64,000 bases of DNA from Myxococcota bacterium (GCA_040386535.1 JAZKFH010000032.1:1-64000); one strand, 5' to 3'. Shown: positions 10,689 through 21,047, numbered from the stretch's first letter. Numbers and translations are program-made. Notes: generated from the sequence alone by a model not told the origin.

Positions 10689-13600
10689 TCAGATCTCGAC
10701 CTCCGCGCGGCGCTCGGCGAACCACGCGTAGATCGAGGGCAGGACGAACAGGGTGAGGAGGGTGGAAGTGAGCAGTCCGCCAATAACGACCGTCGCGAGG
10801 GGCCGTTGGACCTCCGCCCCCGCGCCGCTTCCCAGGGCCATGGGGACGAATCCAAGCGCCGCTACCAGCGCCGTCATCAACACAGGCCGCATGCGAGCGA
10901 GCGCGCCCGCCTGCGCGGCCTCCAGAGGCGAAAGGGCCTGCTCTCGCTCCAACGTGCGGATGTAGGAGACGAGAACGACGCCGTTCATGACCGCCACGCC
11001 GAACAGCGCGATGAAGCCGACGCCCGCCGAGATGCTGAAGGGCAGTCCGCGAAGGGCGAGCGCGAGCACCCCACCCGTCGCCGCGAACGGCACGTTCAGA
11101 AAGATCAGGAACGCCGGCCGCGCCGCGTCGAACGCGCCGTACAACAGCACGAAGATGAGGAGCAGCGACAGGGGCACGACGATGACGAGCCGAGCTGTGG
11201 CGCGCTCGAGGTTCTCGAACTGCCCGCCCCACTCGAGCGTGTAGCCAGCGGGCCGGTCTACCTTTTCCTCAATGGCCCGCTGGGCTTCCGCCACGAAGGA
11301 CGCGATGTCCCGCCCCCGCACGTTCACCTCGACGGAAACCCGCCTCTGGATGCGCTCGCGACTGACCTGCGCGGCCGCGGGCTCGATGTCGAGCGTGGCG
11401 AGCTCCACGAGGGGGATCAACCTCCCGTCATCGGTCACGACCGGGATCCGCCCGATGCTGGCCTCGTCCCGACGAACCGCCTCAGGGAAGCGGACCTGCA
11501 GAGCGAACCGCTTCTCCCCCTCGAGAACCAGCCCGACCTGCTTGCCCCCGATCGTCTCGATGGCCGTGAGCACCTCCTCTCCGTCCGCGCCGTGGCGGGC
11601 GATCGCTTGACGGTCGAGTTTGGCCGTCAAGATCGGGAGCCCGGCGACCTGCTCGACCTTGACGTCGGTAGCGCCTTCGATCGGCGAGACCACACGCGCG
11701 ATCTGCTCCGCGATCTCCAGCAGACGATCGAGATCCTCGCCGAACACTTTGATCGCGACGTCCGAGCGCACGCCCGAGATCAGCTCGCTCACACGGAGCT
11801 GGATGGGTTGGGAAAAGCCGAACGCCACGCCGGGGACCCGCTCCGCGAGCACCTCCTCCATCGCCTCCACCAGCTCCGCCTTGTCGTCGAATCGCCACTC
11901 GTCACGCGGGCGCAGCATGACGAACACGTCGCTCATCTCGACGCCCATCGGGTCGGTCGCGATTTCCGGCCGTCCGGTCTTCGATACCACGGTCGCAACC
12001 TCGGTCGGGAACGCCTCGAGCAGCGCCCGCTCGGCGAGAAGCGATTGGTTGGCGGCCTCGTCGATCGAGACCGAAGGCAGACGGCGCGCCTCCAGGGCGA
12101 TCGAACCCTCATCCAGCGACGGGATGAACTCGCCGCCGAGCCTTGTTGCGACTGCGCCGCTCACGACGAAGAGCGCGGCCGCTGCCCCTACCACCAGGGT
12201 ACGGTGTACCATCGCTCGGGCGAGCAACGGCGTGTACGCCCGACGAAAGCCTCGGACGAGCCACGTCTCATGGTCCTCGGGCATGCGCTTGAGGAGGAAC
12301 GAGGCGAGGACGGGGATCACGGTGAGCGACAGGATGAGCGAGCCGCCCAAGGCGAACAGCACGGTCGCCGCCATGGGCCGGAACATCTTCCCCTCGACTC
12401 CCGTGAGCGTGAGGATCGGGAGGTAGACGATCATGATGATGCCCACCGCGAAAGAGACCGGCCGCGCGACCTCGGTGCACGCCTCCTGCACCAGCTCGCG
12501 CACCGACTTTCCGGCCGTGCCCCGGGCACCGAGGCGGCGGAACACGTTCTCGATCATGACGACCGAGCCGTCCACGATGAGCCCGAAGTCGATAGCGCCG
12601 AGGCTCATCAGGTTGCCGGAGACCCCGGCCTGCACCATCCCGATGAAGGCGAACAACATTGAAAGCGGGATGGCGGAGGCGACGATCAGCCCGCCGCGGA
12701 GGTTCCCGAGCATGAGGAGGAGCACGGCTACGACGAGGAGCCCGCCTTCGAGCAGGCTCGTCTCCACCGTGTGAATGGTGTGATCGACGAGCTCCGTGCG
12801 GTCGTAGAAGGGATCGATCGTGACCCCCGGGGGCAGGCTTCCGGCGATCGACGCGATGCGCTCCTTCACGCCCGCGGCGACGTCACGGGAGTTCTCGCCC
12901 ATCAGCATCATCACGATGCCGACTACAGCCTCTCCCCGCCCGTCGCGCGTCACCACCCCCTGGCGCACCATGGGGGCCTCCACGACCTTGGCCACGTCGC
13001 GCACGTAGAGCGGCACGCCCTCCTCGCTCGTGCGCAGTACAACGGCCCCGATGTCGTCGAGGCCCGTGAGCAGACCTTCGCCCCGGATCACGATCTGTTC
13101 GCCGTTCCGGACGAGGTAGGCGCCGCCGACGTTCCGATTGTTCCTCTCCAACGCCTCGAAAATCTCTGACAGTGCGAGCGTGTGCGAGGCGAGCGCCATC
13201 GCGTCCGGTTGGACCTCGTAGGTCTTGAGTTGTCCTCCGAAGGTATTGATCTCGACCACACCGTGGACGCTCTTGAGCTGGGTCGCCACGAACCAGTCGA
13301 GAACCGTCCGCAGCTCCATCGGTGACCAGCACTCAGGCGTGTCCTCGCCGGCGGCGCAGGCTGGGTCGCCCTTCACCTCGAACTGGAAGATCTCCCCCAG
13401 GCCTGTGGCGATGGGGCCCATCTCCGGATCGCCATAGCCCTCCGGAATGGCCTCTCGGACCTCGCTCAGGCGCTCCATGACGAGCTGCCGCGCACGCAAG
13501 ATGTCCGTGCCCTCTTCGAACACGACGGTGACGGCGGAGAGGCCGAACTTGGAAACCGAGCGAACCTCCTCCAGATCCGGAAGTCCGGCCATCGCCGACT

Positions 13601-13808
13601 CCACGGGGAACGTGACCAGCCGTTCGATCTCCAGCGGCGCGAGCGCGGGTGCCTTTGTGAGCACCTGCACTTGCACGTTGGTCACGTCCGGGACCGCGTC
13701 GATGGGCAGGCGCAGCATGTGCGCGACGCCGGCAACCGCGAGGAGAACGCCCAGCACGATCACGAGGAACCGGTTGGAGAGGGACCATGCGACAATTCGA
13801 GCGGCCAT
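10689..13808 (-). CDS. czcA: CzcA-type heavy-metal efflux RND permease
   Basis: LPIDAVPDVTNVQVQ, GAIDFGLIVDGSVVMIEN and GAEVQRPLATVVIGG; 1039 aa. Confidence 0.95.
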   Translation of the reverse strand: MAARIVAWSLSNRFLVIVLGVLLAVAGVAHMLRLPIDAVPDVTNVQVQVLTKAPALAPLEIERLVTFPVESAMAGLPDLEEVRSVSKFGLSAVTVVFEEGTDILRARQLVMERLSEVREAIPEGYGDPEMGPIATGLGEIFQFEVKGDPACAAGEDTPECWSPMELRTVLDWFVATQLKSVHGVVEINTFGGQLKTYEVQPDAMALASHTLALSEIFEALERNNRNVGGAYLVRNGEQIVIRGEGLLTGLDDIGAVVLRTSEEGVPLYVRDVAKVVEAPMVRQGVVTRDGRGEAVVGIVMMLMGENSRDVAAGVKERIASIAGSLPPGVTIDPFYDRTELVDHTIHTVETSLLEGGLLVVAVLLLMLGNLRGGLIVASAIPLSMLFAFIGMVQAGVSGNLMSLGAIDFGLIVDGSVVMIENVFRRLGARGTAGKSVRELVQEACTEVARPVSFAVGIIMIVYLPILTLTGVEGKMFRPMAATVLFALGGSLILSLTVIPVLASFLLKRMPEDHETWLVRGFRRAYTPLLARAMVHRTLVVGAAAALFVVSGAVATRLGGEFIPSLDEGSIALEARRLPSVSIDEAANQSLLAERALLEAFPTEVATVVSKTGRPEIATDPMGVEMSDVFVMLRPRDEWRFDDKAELVEAMEEVLAERVPGVAFGFSQPIQLRVSELISGVRSDVAIKVFGEDLDRLLEIAEQIARVVSPIEGATDVKVEQVAGLPILTAKLDRQAIARHGADGEEVLTAIETIGGKQVGLVLEGEKRFALQVRFPEAVRRDEASIGRIPVVTDDGRLIPLVELATLDIEPAAAQVSRERIQRRVSVEVNVRGRDIASFVAEAQRAIEEKVDRPAGYTLEWGGQFENLERATARLVIVVPLSLLLIFVLLYGAFDAARPAFLIFLNVPFAATGGVLALALRGLPFSISAGVGFIALFGVAVMNGVVLVSYIRTLEREQALSPLEAAQAGALARMRPVLMTALVAALGFVPMALGSGAGAEVQRPLATVVIGGLLTSTLLTLFVLPSIYAWFAERRAEVEI

Positions 13809-15118
13809 CAGTCCTCGTCCTCCCCAAGGGTGCTCTTCATCAGCTCGCCTTTGAGCAGGAAGCTGCCGTTGGCGACCACGGCGTCGCCGGGCTTGAGACC
13901 GTTCAGGACCTCAACGTCATCGCCAGCGCGCTCTCCGGTGTGGACCCGCCTGAGCGAGAACTCGCGCTCACCGACCTTCACGAAGACGGCCGCGTGCCCG
14001 TCTACCTGCTGCACCGCGGACCACGGGATGACCAGCAACGTGCGAGCGTTCTTGGCGTCGGTACCCGAAACCCGAGCGGTCGCGAACATGCCAGGGCGAA
14101 GGAGGTGATCCGGATTCGGCAGATCCGCACGGACCGTCGCGCTTCGGGTACGCTCGTCGAGCACGCCCCCGAGCCTGGTCACCGTGGCGTTGAAAACCTG
14201 GCCCGGCAGGGCGCGTACCTCGACCTGGACAGGTTGCCCGGTCTGCACGAACCGCATCTCTCGCTCGTGGACCTGGGCCACGACTTGCAGCGCGTCGAGA
14301 TCGACGATCTCCAACAGCGTCTCTCCAGATTCAACGGGGCGGCCCGGGTGCGCGTTCCGGGTCACGACGGTGCCGCCGAACGGCGCGCGAAGGACCAGTC
14401 GTGCGCTCGCATCGTTGCTCTCGGGGCCTGGGCGTACTCCGATCGCGGCAAGCTGTGCACGCGCGGCCGACTCGTCCGCAGCCGAGGTCTTCAAAACGGC
14501 CTCGGCCTCCTGGAGCTCTCGGGCGGACGTGGCTTGATCGGCCGCGAGCGCCGACTCACGCGCCTGATTGGCCTTCGCAACGTCGAGCCGCGCGAGCGCT
14601 CCGATCCACTCGGCCCGCGCTCGGCCGACTTCCGGACTCTCGAGGACGACGAGCGGGGCGCCCTTCTCCACACGGTCCCCGATGTCGACCGCCACGTCAA
14701 CAACGCGACCGGCCACCAACGGTCCGATCTCCGCGCGGCGGTTGGGGTCTGCCGCGATCTCGGCGGGAAGTTCCAACGACGGGTTGAGTTCGCGTTGAGT
14801 CGCTTCTACGATCTGAAGATCGAGTGCCTCCAGGGCCTCTCCGCCAAGGACGACGCGGTCAGGGATGCCGCCCTCTTCGCCCTCTTCGCCCTCTTCGCCC
14901 TTTTCGCCCTCTTGGCCCTCTTCGCCGCCGGCCTCCCCTTGCTCCCCGTCGGCTGTGGCCGCTGTGGGGGCTTCGGATCGTTCTCCCTCCCGGGCCTCCG
15001 CACCCTCTCCCTCGGCGGCCTCACCGGGTTCGGGTTTGTCTCCTCCCCCAAGCCCGGCACAACCGAGTGCGCCGACCACCGCGAACACACTCCCCCACGC
15101 TGCTACGCCTCGGTTCAT
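13808..15118 (-). CDS. czcB: CzcB-type membrane fusion protein with Glu/Gly-rich N-terminal linker
   Basis: Lipoyl/hairpin MFP pattern, LRPGMFA, GLKPGD; lies between the TolC-type and RND genes. Confidence 0.9.
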   Translation of the reverse strand: MNRGVAAWGSVFAVVGALGCAGLGGGDKPEPGEAAEGEGAEAREGERSEAPTAATADGEQGEAGGEEGQEGEKGEEGEEGEEGGIPDRVVLGGEALEALDLQIVEATQRELNPSLELPAEIAADPNRRAEIGPLVAGRVVDVAVDIGDRVEKGAPLVVLESPEVGRARAEWIGALARLDVAKANQARESALAADQATSARELQEAEAVLKTSAADESAARAQLAAIGVRPGPESNDASARLVLRAPFGGTVVTRNAHPGRPVESGETLLEIVDLDALQVVAQVHEREMRFVQTGQPVQVEVRALPGQVFNATVTRLGGVLDERTRSATVRADLPNPDHLLRPGMFATARVSGTDAKNARTLLVIPWSAVQQVDGHAAVFVKVGEREFSLRRVHTGERAGDDVEVLNGLKPGDAVVANGSFLLKGELMKSTLGEDED

Positions 15119-16359
15119 CGCTCACCTCCATCGACGTTGATCGGAAGGCCCAGCGCGACGCGGAGCCGGGCATCTTCCAGGGCGAGCGCGAGCCGGGCTT
15201 CCACGAAGCCGAGGCGCCCCTCCAGGAGCTCGCGCTGAAGCAGCACGAGCTCGCTCAGGTCCACTTTCCCTTCCTCGAAAGCCCGCCGTAGGAGCGCGAC
15301 GCTCTCTTCCTGCGCTCGTAGGACATCGGCGTCGTACACCGCGAGCCCCCGCTCGGCGGCGTCGCGGGCCTGCCATGCAGTCCTCACTTCCGCCTCGACC
15401 GCTACGAGGCGCGCCGCCAGCTCTGCTTCGAGCCGCGTGGCGGCGGCGCGCGCACTCCCGATTTCGCCCTGATTGCGGTTGAAGATCGGGACCGTGAGGC
15501 CCGCCACGCCGAGCCACTGATCCACGTCGTTCTCCCGACGCCATGCCGCGCCTACTGTCACCTCCGGCCACGCATCCGAGGCTGCTTCTCGGGCGCGGGC
15601 GCGCTCCGCTTCGGTCGCATGACGGAGCGCAGCGAGCTCGGGCCGGCTCTCGAGCGCCTTCGAGATCGCGTCGTCGACGCCCGGCGGGGCATTGACGGAT
15701 GGCCATGCGTCAGCAGGGTCGGCCGGACCGCCGCCCAGTAGCCGGCCGAGCTCCAGTCGAGCCGCCTCTCGGTGCGTCTCGGCGTCGATTCGTGAGCGCT
15801 CCGCCTCGGCAAGCCGAATCCGCGCCGTGTTGGACACGAGCACCGAGTCGGCCCCCCGCTCGACCCGCACCCGCGCAATGTCGGCCAGGTCCTTCGCCAG
15901 GTCGGCTGCCTCTGCCGCCGTCGCTGCGCTCTCTTCCGCTGCGAGGGCCTCGAAGAACGCCTCCGCGACCGCCAGGTCGATGAGACGGAAAGCATCGTCG
16001 CGTTCGGCCTCCCCCGCCGCGAGCAGCTCGCGCGCCCGCCGCACGCGGGCACCGCGCTCCCCTGGGCCGCCCAACGCCTGTCGAGCCTCCACCTCCAGCG
16101 GCGCGCCGGGCCCGGGGAGGCCGACTGCCTCGATCTCGGGGTTCTCCACGAACCAGACGCGCGCACCGCGCAGCTCCGCTTGCGCCTCTGCCAAACGCTG
16201 GCGCGCCACTTCGGCCTCAGGGTTCTGTGTTCTCGCTCGTTCGAGCGCGCGGGACAGGGTCAGGGGCTCGGCACCTTCGGCCCGGACGGGAGCTACGGCG
16301 AGCAGAAGCGCCAGCGGTAGCCCCAGCCAGATCGCGCGCCGATGGACAGGGATTTCCAT
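15115..16359 (-). CDS. czcC: CzcC/TolC family outer-membrane efflux protein
   Basis: Signal peptide, NPE, VPIFNRNQG, helical repeats, GKVDLSEL. Confidence 0.88.
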   Translation of the reverse strand: MEIPVHRRAIWLGLPLALLLAVAPVRAEGAEPLTLSRALERARTQNPEAEVARQRLAEAQAELRGARVWFVENPEIEAVGLPGPGAPLEVEARQALGGPGERGARVRRARELLAAGEAERDDAFRLIDLAVAEAFFEALAAEESAATAAEAADLAKDLADIARVRVERGADSVLVSNTARIRLAEAERSRIDAETHREAARLELGRLLGGGPADPADAWPSVNAPPGVDDAISKALESRPELAALRHATEAERARAREAASDAWPEVTVGAAWRRENDVDQWLGVAGLTVPIFNRNQGEIGSARAAATRLEAELAARLVAVEAEVRTAWQARDAAERGLAVYDADVLRAQEESVALLRRAFEEGKVDLSELVLLQRELLEGRLGFVEARLALALEDARLRVALGLPINVDGGER

Positions 16360-16428
16360 CGAGGACCTTGGGTAGGATGGGCAGTCGGGCCCGCGGAATG
16401 CCGCGAGCGTCAGATCCGGGTCGTCGCT

Positions 16429-16788
16429 CTACGCGCTTCGTGGCGGATGGAAGACGCCGTCGGGGACACCGCGAGGGGGGAACGTTTCGGGGAATCCCGG
16501 CCGATCATCCGGCAGGAGGACGAACGAAGGCCCGGATAGAGCTGGAGGGGCAGGTACGGCGAGGCCATGCCCAGGACAGCGGGCGCAGGTGCACAGGTCC
16601 CCGCAGAAATGGAAATCCACGGAGTCAGCGACGTCTGGAGCCGCCGTAAACGCCGACTCGCTACGCCGAGCGGACGGTTCGGCGGGGCGATCACACGGAA
16701 GCAGGGAGAAGAGAATGCCGAACAGCGCAACGATGGCAGCGCTTCGCAGAGTGGCGAATCGGAGCCAGTACCGGGCGGAAGCGTGCAT
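16429..16788 (-). CDS. CzcI/DUF2946-like leader protein (signal, Cys/His motif, Pro-rich tail)
   Basis: ATG overlaps the upstream stop (TGATG). Hydrophobic N-terminus, HFCGDLCTCARCPGH, ends VFHPPRSA. Directly precedes czcC. Confidence 0.65.
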   Translation of the reverse strand: MHASARYWLRFATLRSAAIVALFGILFSLLPCDRPAEPSARRSESAFTAAPDVADSVDFHFCGDLCTCARCPGHGLAVPAPPALSGPSFVLLPDDRPGFPETFPPRGVPDGVFHPPRSA

Positions 16789-17444
16789 CACGGCGCCGCG
16801 GCCGTCCACCAGGAGAGGTTGCCGGCGACGGTGGCGATCGTATCGACCTCCAGCACATCCTCGAAGCCCGCCTCACGCAGGCTGAGCGGCACCTGGTCAT
16901 CCAACACGTCGCGGGTCAGCGCGAAGCCGTCCAGCGCGCGCACGCCCAGGAAAAGCACGGCCATGGCGGGGTTGCGAGGACGACTCCAGTCGGCGATGCA
17001 CAGGCGCCCGCCCGGACGGAGCCAGGCCCTTGCGCGTCGAAGCGTCGTGACCTTCGCTTCGGTGGGAAGGTGGTGGAAGAACAGGCTGGAAACCACGACG
17101 TCGAACGCCTCGGCGGGAAACTCGACCTCCGTCGTGAGCCCTTGCACAAGGGTGACGGGGAGCCCCTCGATCTTCGGTCGCGCGCGCTCCAACATCGCCC
17201 GATCGGCGTCGATGCCGACGACTTGCCCGCCTCGGCGTGCCGCCATCGCCGCGAGCGTCCCGGTGCCACAACCGAGGTCGAGAACCCGCGTCCCCGCTCG
17301 CACGTCCGCCAGACTCAAGAGCCGTTCCTTCACCATGCGCTCGGGGAAGAACGTGCCGGTCAAGGCATCATAGGCGCCCGTCAGCCACGGCAGCCCGAGC
17401 GCCGGGACATAGGAAGGGGTTGGATGCGCGGACCGACGCGGCAT
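16788..17444 (-). CDS. Class I SAM-dependent methyltransferase
   Basis: VLDLGCGTG, FDVVVSSLFFHHL, LRPGG. Confidence 0.9.
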   Translation of the reverse strand: MPRRSAHPTPSYVPALGLPWLTGAYDALTGTFFPERMVKERLLSLADVRAGTRVLDLGCGTGTLAAMAARRGGQVVGIDADRAMLERARPKIEGLPVTLVQGLTTEVEFPAEAFDVVVSSLFFHHLPTEAKVTTLRRARAWLRPGGRLCIADWSRPRNPAMAVLFLGVRALDGFALTRDVLDDQVPLSLREAGFEDVLEVDTIATVAGNLSWWTAAAP

Positions 17445-17477
17445 AGACTGCTCATATGACGAGTCATACAGATATGC
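17441..17477. promoter_or_regulatory. Putative ArsR/SmtB operator between divergent genes
   Basis: AT-rich patch with TCATATGA and a perfect TATGAC-GA-GTCATA repeat (17455-17468) overlapping the regulator start. Confidence 0.6.
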
Positions 17478-17869
17478 AACCGGAGGTCGGTGAAGCGGAC
17501 GCCGACCAGTGCGGCGTGGACGTGGTTCACGCCGATGCCGTTCGCGCCGCGCGGGCCCGTATCCCCCCCGATGACGACATTGCCCACGCCGCGGAAATCG
17601 GTTCGTTGCTGTCGAATCCGACGCGCCTTCGCATCGTGGTCGCGTTGGCGCCCACGGCTGGCGAGCAGGCTTTGGAGCTCTGCGTCTGCGATCTGGCTGC
17701 GGTGGCCGGCGCCACCGAAACCCATACCAGCCACAATCTCCGCGCCCTGCGCCTCGCGGGGGTCGTGACCCAGCGCCGGGAGGGACGGCTTGTCTACTAC
17801 CGGCTCGGACCCGACCCCGTGGCGCGGGGCATGGTCGCCGCCATCATGCTGGCTGACCGACGGGGGTAG
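17456..17869 (+). CDS. ArsR/SmtB (CadC-like) metalloregulator
   Basis: LSNPTRLRI, ELCVCDLA, SHNLRALR, RREGRLVYYRL and an N-terminal Cys. An alternative start is ATG 17474. Confidence 0.92.
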   Translation: MTSHTDMQPEVGEADADQCGVDVVHADAVRAARARIPPDDDIAHAAEIGSLLSNPTRLRIVVALAPTAGEQALELCVCDLAAVAGATETHTSHNLRALRLAGVVTQRREGRLVYYRLGPDPVARGMVAAIMLADRRG

Positions 17870-19140
17870 CGTCGGCACGAGTCGGCCCTTTGGCGGAGGG
17901 AGTCCGGCTGACATCCGCGAGCACGAAGCCGCTGCTCGGAAGAGTGGGGATCCGCGCGAGGTCGAGCGCAAGGTCCTGCGAGGGGACGCGATAGCGCATC
18001 TCGTTGAGGAGCAGGTCTAAAGCCACCTTCATCACCTCGACGGACACGCGGTCTCCGGGGCAACGGTGTCCAATGGCCGGATCGCCGCCGCCCTGAGGGA
18101 TGAACCGGTAGGGGTCGCCATCCCAGTCGCGGAAGCGTTCCGGGAGGAAGCGTTCAGGCTCGCGCCACGACCGCGGATCGCGGTGGATGCCGTAGATGTC
18201 GAGCAGGACGCGTCGACCGGCCGGGAAGCGGAAGCCATTCCACTCGAACCCATCTCGAACCCGCGCAGCGAGGAACGGAAAGAACGGGTACGAGCGCCTC
18301 ACTTCCTGCGCGAACCACTCGCGACCGACCTCATTGCTTCGCGCCACTTCCACCGCCTCGGCATGCTCGTGCAGGGCGAGGGCGGCGAAGACGATCCACC
18401 ACGCGACCGCGACCGTGGGGCGGATCACGTTGACGAGCTCCACCGCGGCAACTTCCAAGTCCAGGAGCGCGCCCGAGTGATCCCGATGGTTGGCGATGAC
18501 GTAGACCGCCGCGTGCTCGGCAGCCGAGAGACGCCCCGCCCGCACCTCGGCGATGAGGGTCGCGGCACTGGTTCGTGCGCTCGCGCGCTGCCCGCGCGCG
18601 CCAGAATCGGAGTCCTACTCCGCCCGCGCCGTCGATCATGGCGTGAAGGTCGTCCGTACGGGACTGGAGCTCCGCTTCCGGTAGGGGTACGCCACTCCAG
18701 GCGCAGGCGGCCCGGCAGAGAATCTCCTCGGCCTCTCTGAAGAGGCCCACGCGCCCCGCCCCTTCCCATCGCGGCAGCCGTTCCCGCCACTCCCGGCGGA
18801 CGGAGTGCGCCAGCTTCGGGATGGTGTCCGAGTTTATGATCTGGAGGAACATGGCTTTTCTCTGCCGGTGCGCCACGCCGTCGAGCGACTGCACCCCCCC
18901 GCGTCCGAACAGGGTCTTCACGAGCCGCCGCGGGGCGGCACCGGACCGCACGAACCGGTCGGGATCGTAGAAGACCCTTGCGGCCTCTTCACCCGTCACG
19001 CAGATCGTCGGTTGGAGTTGCAGCCTCGTCTCGAAGACATCCGAGCCGAGGACCCCGCAGCGCTTGGAGATGAACGGGTAGCCCTCTCGCATGAACGTGA
19101 ACGTGGAGTCCAGGGAAGGGTCGCGGGGGATGTTCGGCAC
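17844..19140 (-). pseudogene. Cytochrome P450, CYP152 (fatty-acid peroxygenase) type, frameshifted near 18566
   Basis: MPNIPRD...EGYPFI, NVIRPTVA (Arg-Pro), QEVRRSYPFFP and GHRCPG are split over two frames. Restoring 2 nt at CAG-TG(GG)CC gives QWAATLIAEVRAG. SD AGGAG precedes GTG 19140. Confidence 0.85.
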
Positions 19141-19238
19141 AGGGGCTCCTGACGTGTCGGCCACGACGCGCGGTTCGCGCGAGTCGCCGTCGGTCAAGGA
19201 ACGCTAGGCGCCGGAGGTCGAGAAACAAGCAGCCATCG

Positions 19239-20054
19239 TCACCCGCGGGCGAGACGCAGGATTCGCCCCGCGCCCACGAGGACAACGAGGCCGATGATCG
19301 TTCCGATCGCCAGGTCGGGGATGGAACTGCCGGTCAGCGCAACGAGCCCGCCTGCCAGGAGCACGCCGAGGTTGGCGATGACGTCGTTCGTCGAGAAGAT
19401 CCAGCTCGCCTTCATGTGGACACCGCCGGTCCGGTGCTTGGAGAGGAGCGCCATGCAAAGCAGGTTCGCGGCGAGGGCCACGACCGAGATGCCCATCATC
19501 AGGGGACCGATGGGCTCGCTCCCCTCGAAAGCCCGGCGGGCCACCTCGAACAACACCCCGCATGCGAGCGCAAGTTGGAGGAGGCCGCTCACACGGGCGG
19601 CGCGCTGCTGGCGGGCAACCGCGTGCCCGACCCCGAACAGCGAGACCCCGTAGACCGCCGCATCCGCGAACATGTCCACCGAGTCCGCCAGCACGCCGGT
19701 AGATTGAGCCACGAAACCGATGACCAGTTCGACGACGAACATCGCAGCATTGATCGCGAGGAGCACGCGTAAGACGCGCGCTTCTCCCTCCACCTCGCCC
19801 GCCCCGGCCGCTGGCCTCACGACCTTGGCGGGCTCGCTGCTGACGATTCGCGCGCCAAGGGCGAGAGGTTCGAGGCGGGCGAGCAACGGCGCGCTCTCCC
19901 CTGTGTGCTGGACCACCAGCCGCCGCGCCTCGAGGTCGAAGGTCAGATTCTGAACCCCCGACTCCGGCTGGAGCGCCATCCGAATGAGCCGCTCCTCCGA
20001 AGGGCAGTCCATCTTGGGCACCTCGAACAGCGTTTCTCGTACGGCGTCGTTCAT
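19239..20054 (-). CDS. CDF-like cation transporter with N-terminal HMA-like domain
   Basis: VPKMDCPSEE, LADSVDMFADA, ASWIFSTNDVIANLG. Confidence 0.85.
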   Translation of the reverse strand: MNDAVRETLFEVPKMDCPSEERLIRMALQPESGVQNLTFDLEARRLVVQHTGESAPLLARLEPLALGARIVSSEPAKVVRPAAGAGEVEGEARVLRVLLAINAAMFVVELVIGFVAQSTGVLADSVDMFADAAVYGVSLFGVGHAVARQQRAARVSGLLQLALACGVLFEVARRAFEGSEPIGPLMMGISVVALAANLLCMALLSKHRTGGVHMKASWIFSTNDVIANLGVLLAGGLVALTGSSIPDLAIGTIIGLVVLVGAGRILRLARG

Positions 20055-20142
20055 CGGGTTCTCCGGTCAGATCAATGGTGTCGTACCCCCCCGGGGGGCG
20101 GCTCACCCGCCTTCAAGGGCCGCCCCTTGGTGGACGGTGTCC

Positions 20143-20166
20143 CATCTGAAGATATCCTCATAGATG
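20143..20166. promoter_or_regulatory. Putative SmtB/CzrA-like operator upstream of the cation transporter
   Basis: TGAA-GATATC-CTCA core resembling TGAA-N6-TTCA, within CATCT...AGATG. Confidence 0.5.
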
Positions 20167-20396
20167 CCTAACCGGGACGGCACGAACGTCGAGCCACTTT
20201 CCAGCGAGGGAGCGCGAGCGCTCCATCCGAGCGGGGAGGCTCGCTCTTCATGGTGGACTGCGCAGCGCTGGCGAGTGGATCCTTGCGGTCCTCCGGCAAC
20301 GCGCGTCATGCGGAGCGGGAGGTTCCCGCCGGCTTGATGACGAGGTGTGGCCGTACTGGACTGCGTTCGCCGGGTGCCGGTGAGCGGCCGCGGCCT

Positions 20397-21047
20397 TCAG
20401 TACGCCGCTTCGAGCTCGGCCTCGACGAGGGCAGCGAGTTGAGGCTGCCCAAAGCTGGTGAGGGGCTTGCCGTTGACGAAGAAGCTCGGCGTCTTCTTGA
20501 CCCCCAGCCTCTTGACGTCCTGCATGTCCCTAGCGACGACTTCGGCGATGGCCGGGTCGTCCATGTCCGAGCGCAACCGGGCCACGTCGATACCGCCCTG
20601 TTCAAGGAGTCCCCAGATCAGCTCCGGCTGCGGATTCTGGTAACTCGCCCACTTGGACTGCTGGGAGAACATGATCTCCAGTGTCTCCCAGTACCTGTCC
20701 TGCCGCCGCGAAGCCTCGAGGATCGCCGCCACCGTGTCCGATCCGCGATGAAACGTCGCGTACCGCAGCACAAGCTGCACGCGACCCGGCTCGCGTTGCA
20801 CGATCTCCTTCAGCACCGGGCTGAACTTCGCACAGGCTTCGCACGCTGGATCGAAGAATTCGACGATGACGACGCGCGCGGCCGGATTGCCGAGGCGTTG
20901 CGCGTAGTCCGGCACCAAGGTTTTCGGCTGCTCGAGCGCGGTGGCGGCTGCCGTCTTGATGGCGCGCGTGCGATAGACGCGGGCAGCCAGCGCGAAACCT
21001 CCGATGAGAACGGCGGTGGCGATGGCAACGAGAAGAGTTCGGTTCAT
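20397..21047 (-). CDS. DsbA/BdbD-like thioredoxin-fold oxidoreductase
   Basis: EFFDPACEAC, GVKKTPSFFVNG and an N-terminal anchor. Start MNRT follows SD GGAGG. Confidence 0.88.
   Translation of the reverse strand: MNRTLLVAIATAVLIGGFALAARVYRTRAIKTAAATALEQPKTLVPDYAQRLGNPAARVVIVEFFDPACEACAKFSPVLKEIVQREPGRVQLVLRYATFHRGSDTVAAILEASRRQDRYWETLEIMFSQQSKWASYQNPQPELIWGLLEQGGIDVARLRSDMDDPAIAEVVARDMQDVKRLGVKKTPSFFVNGKPLTSFGQPQLAALVEAELEAAY

Noticed and set aside
20083..20100. GTACCCCCCCGGGGGGCG as a second CsoR operator
   Set aside because: Only one TAC arm is present, so the match is too weak to call.
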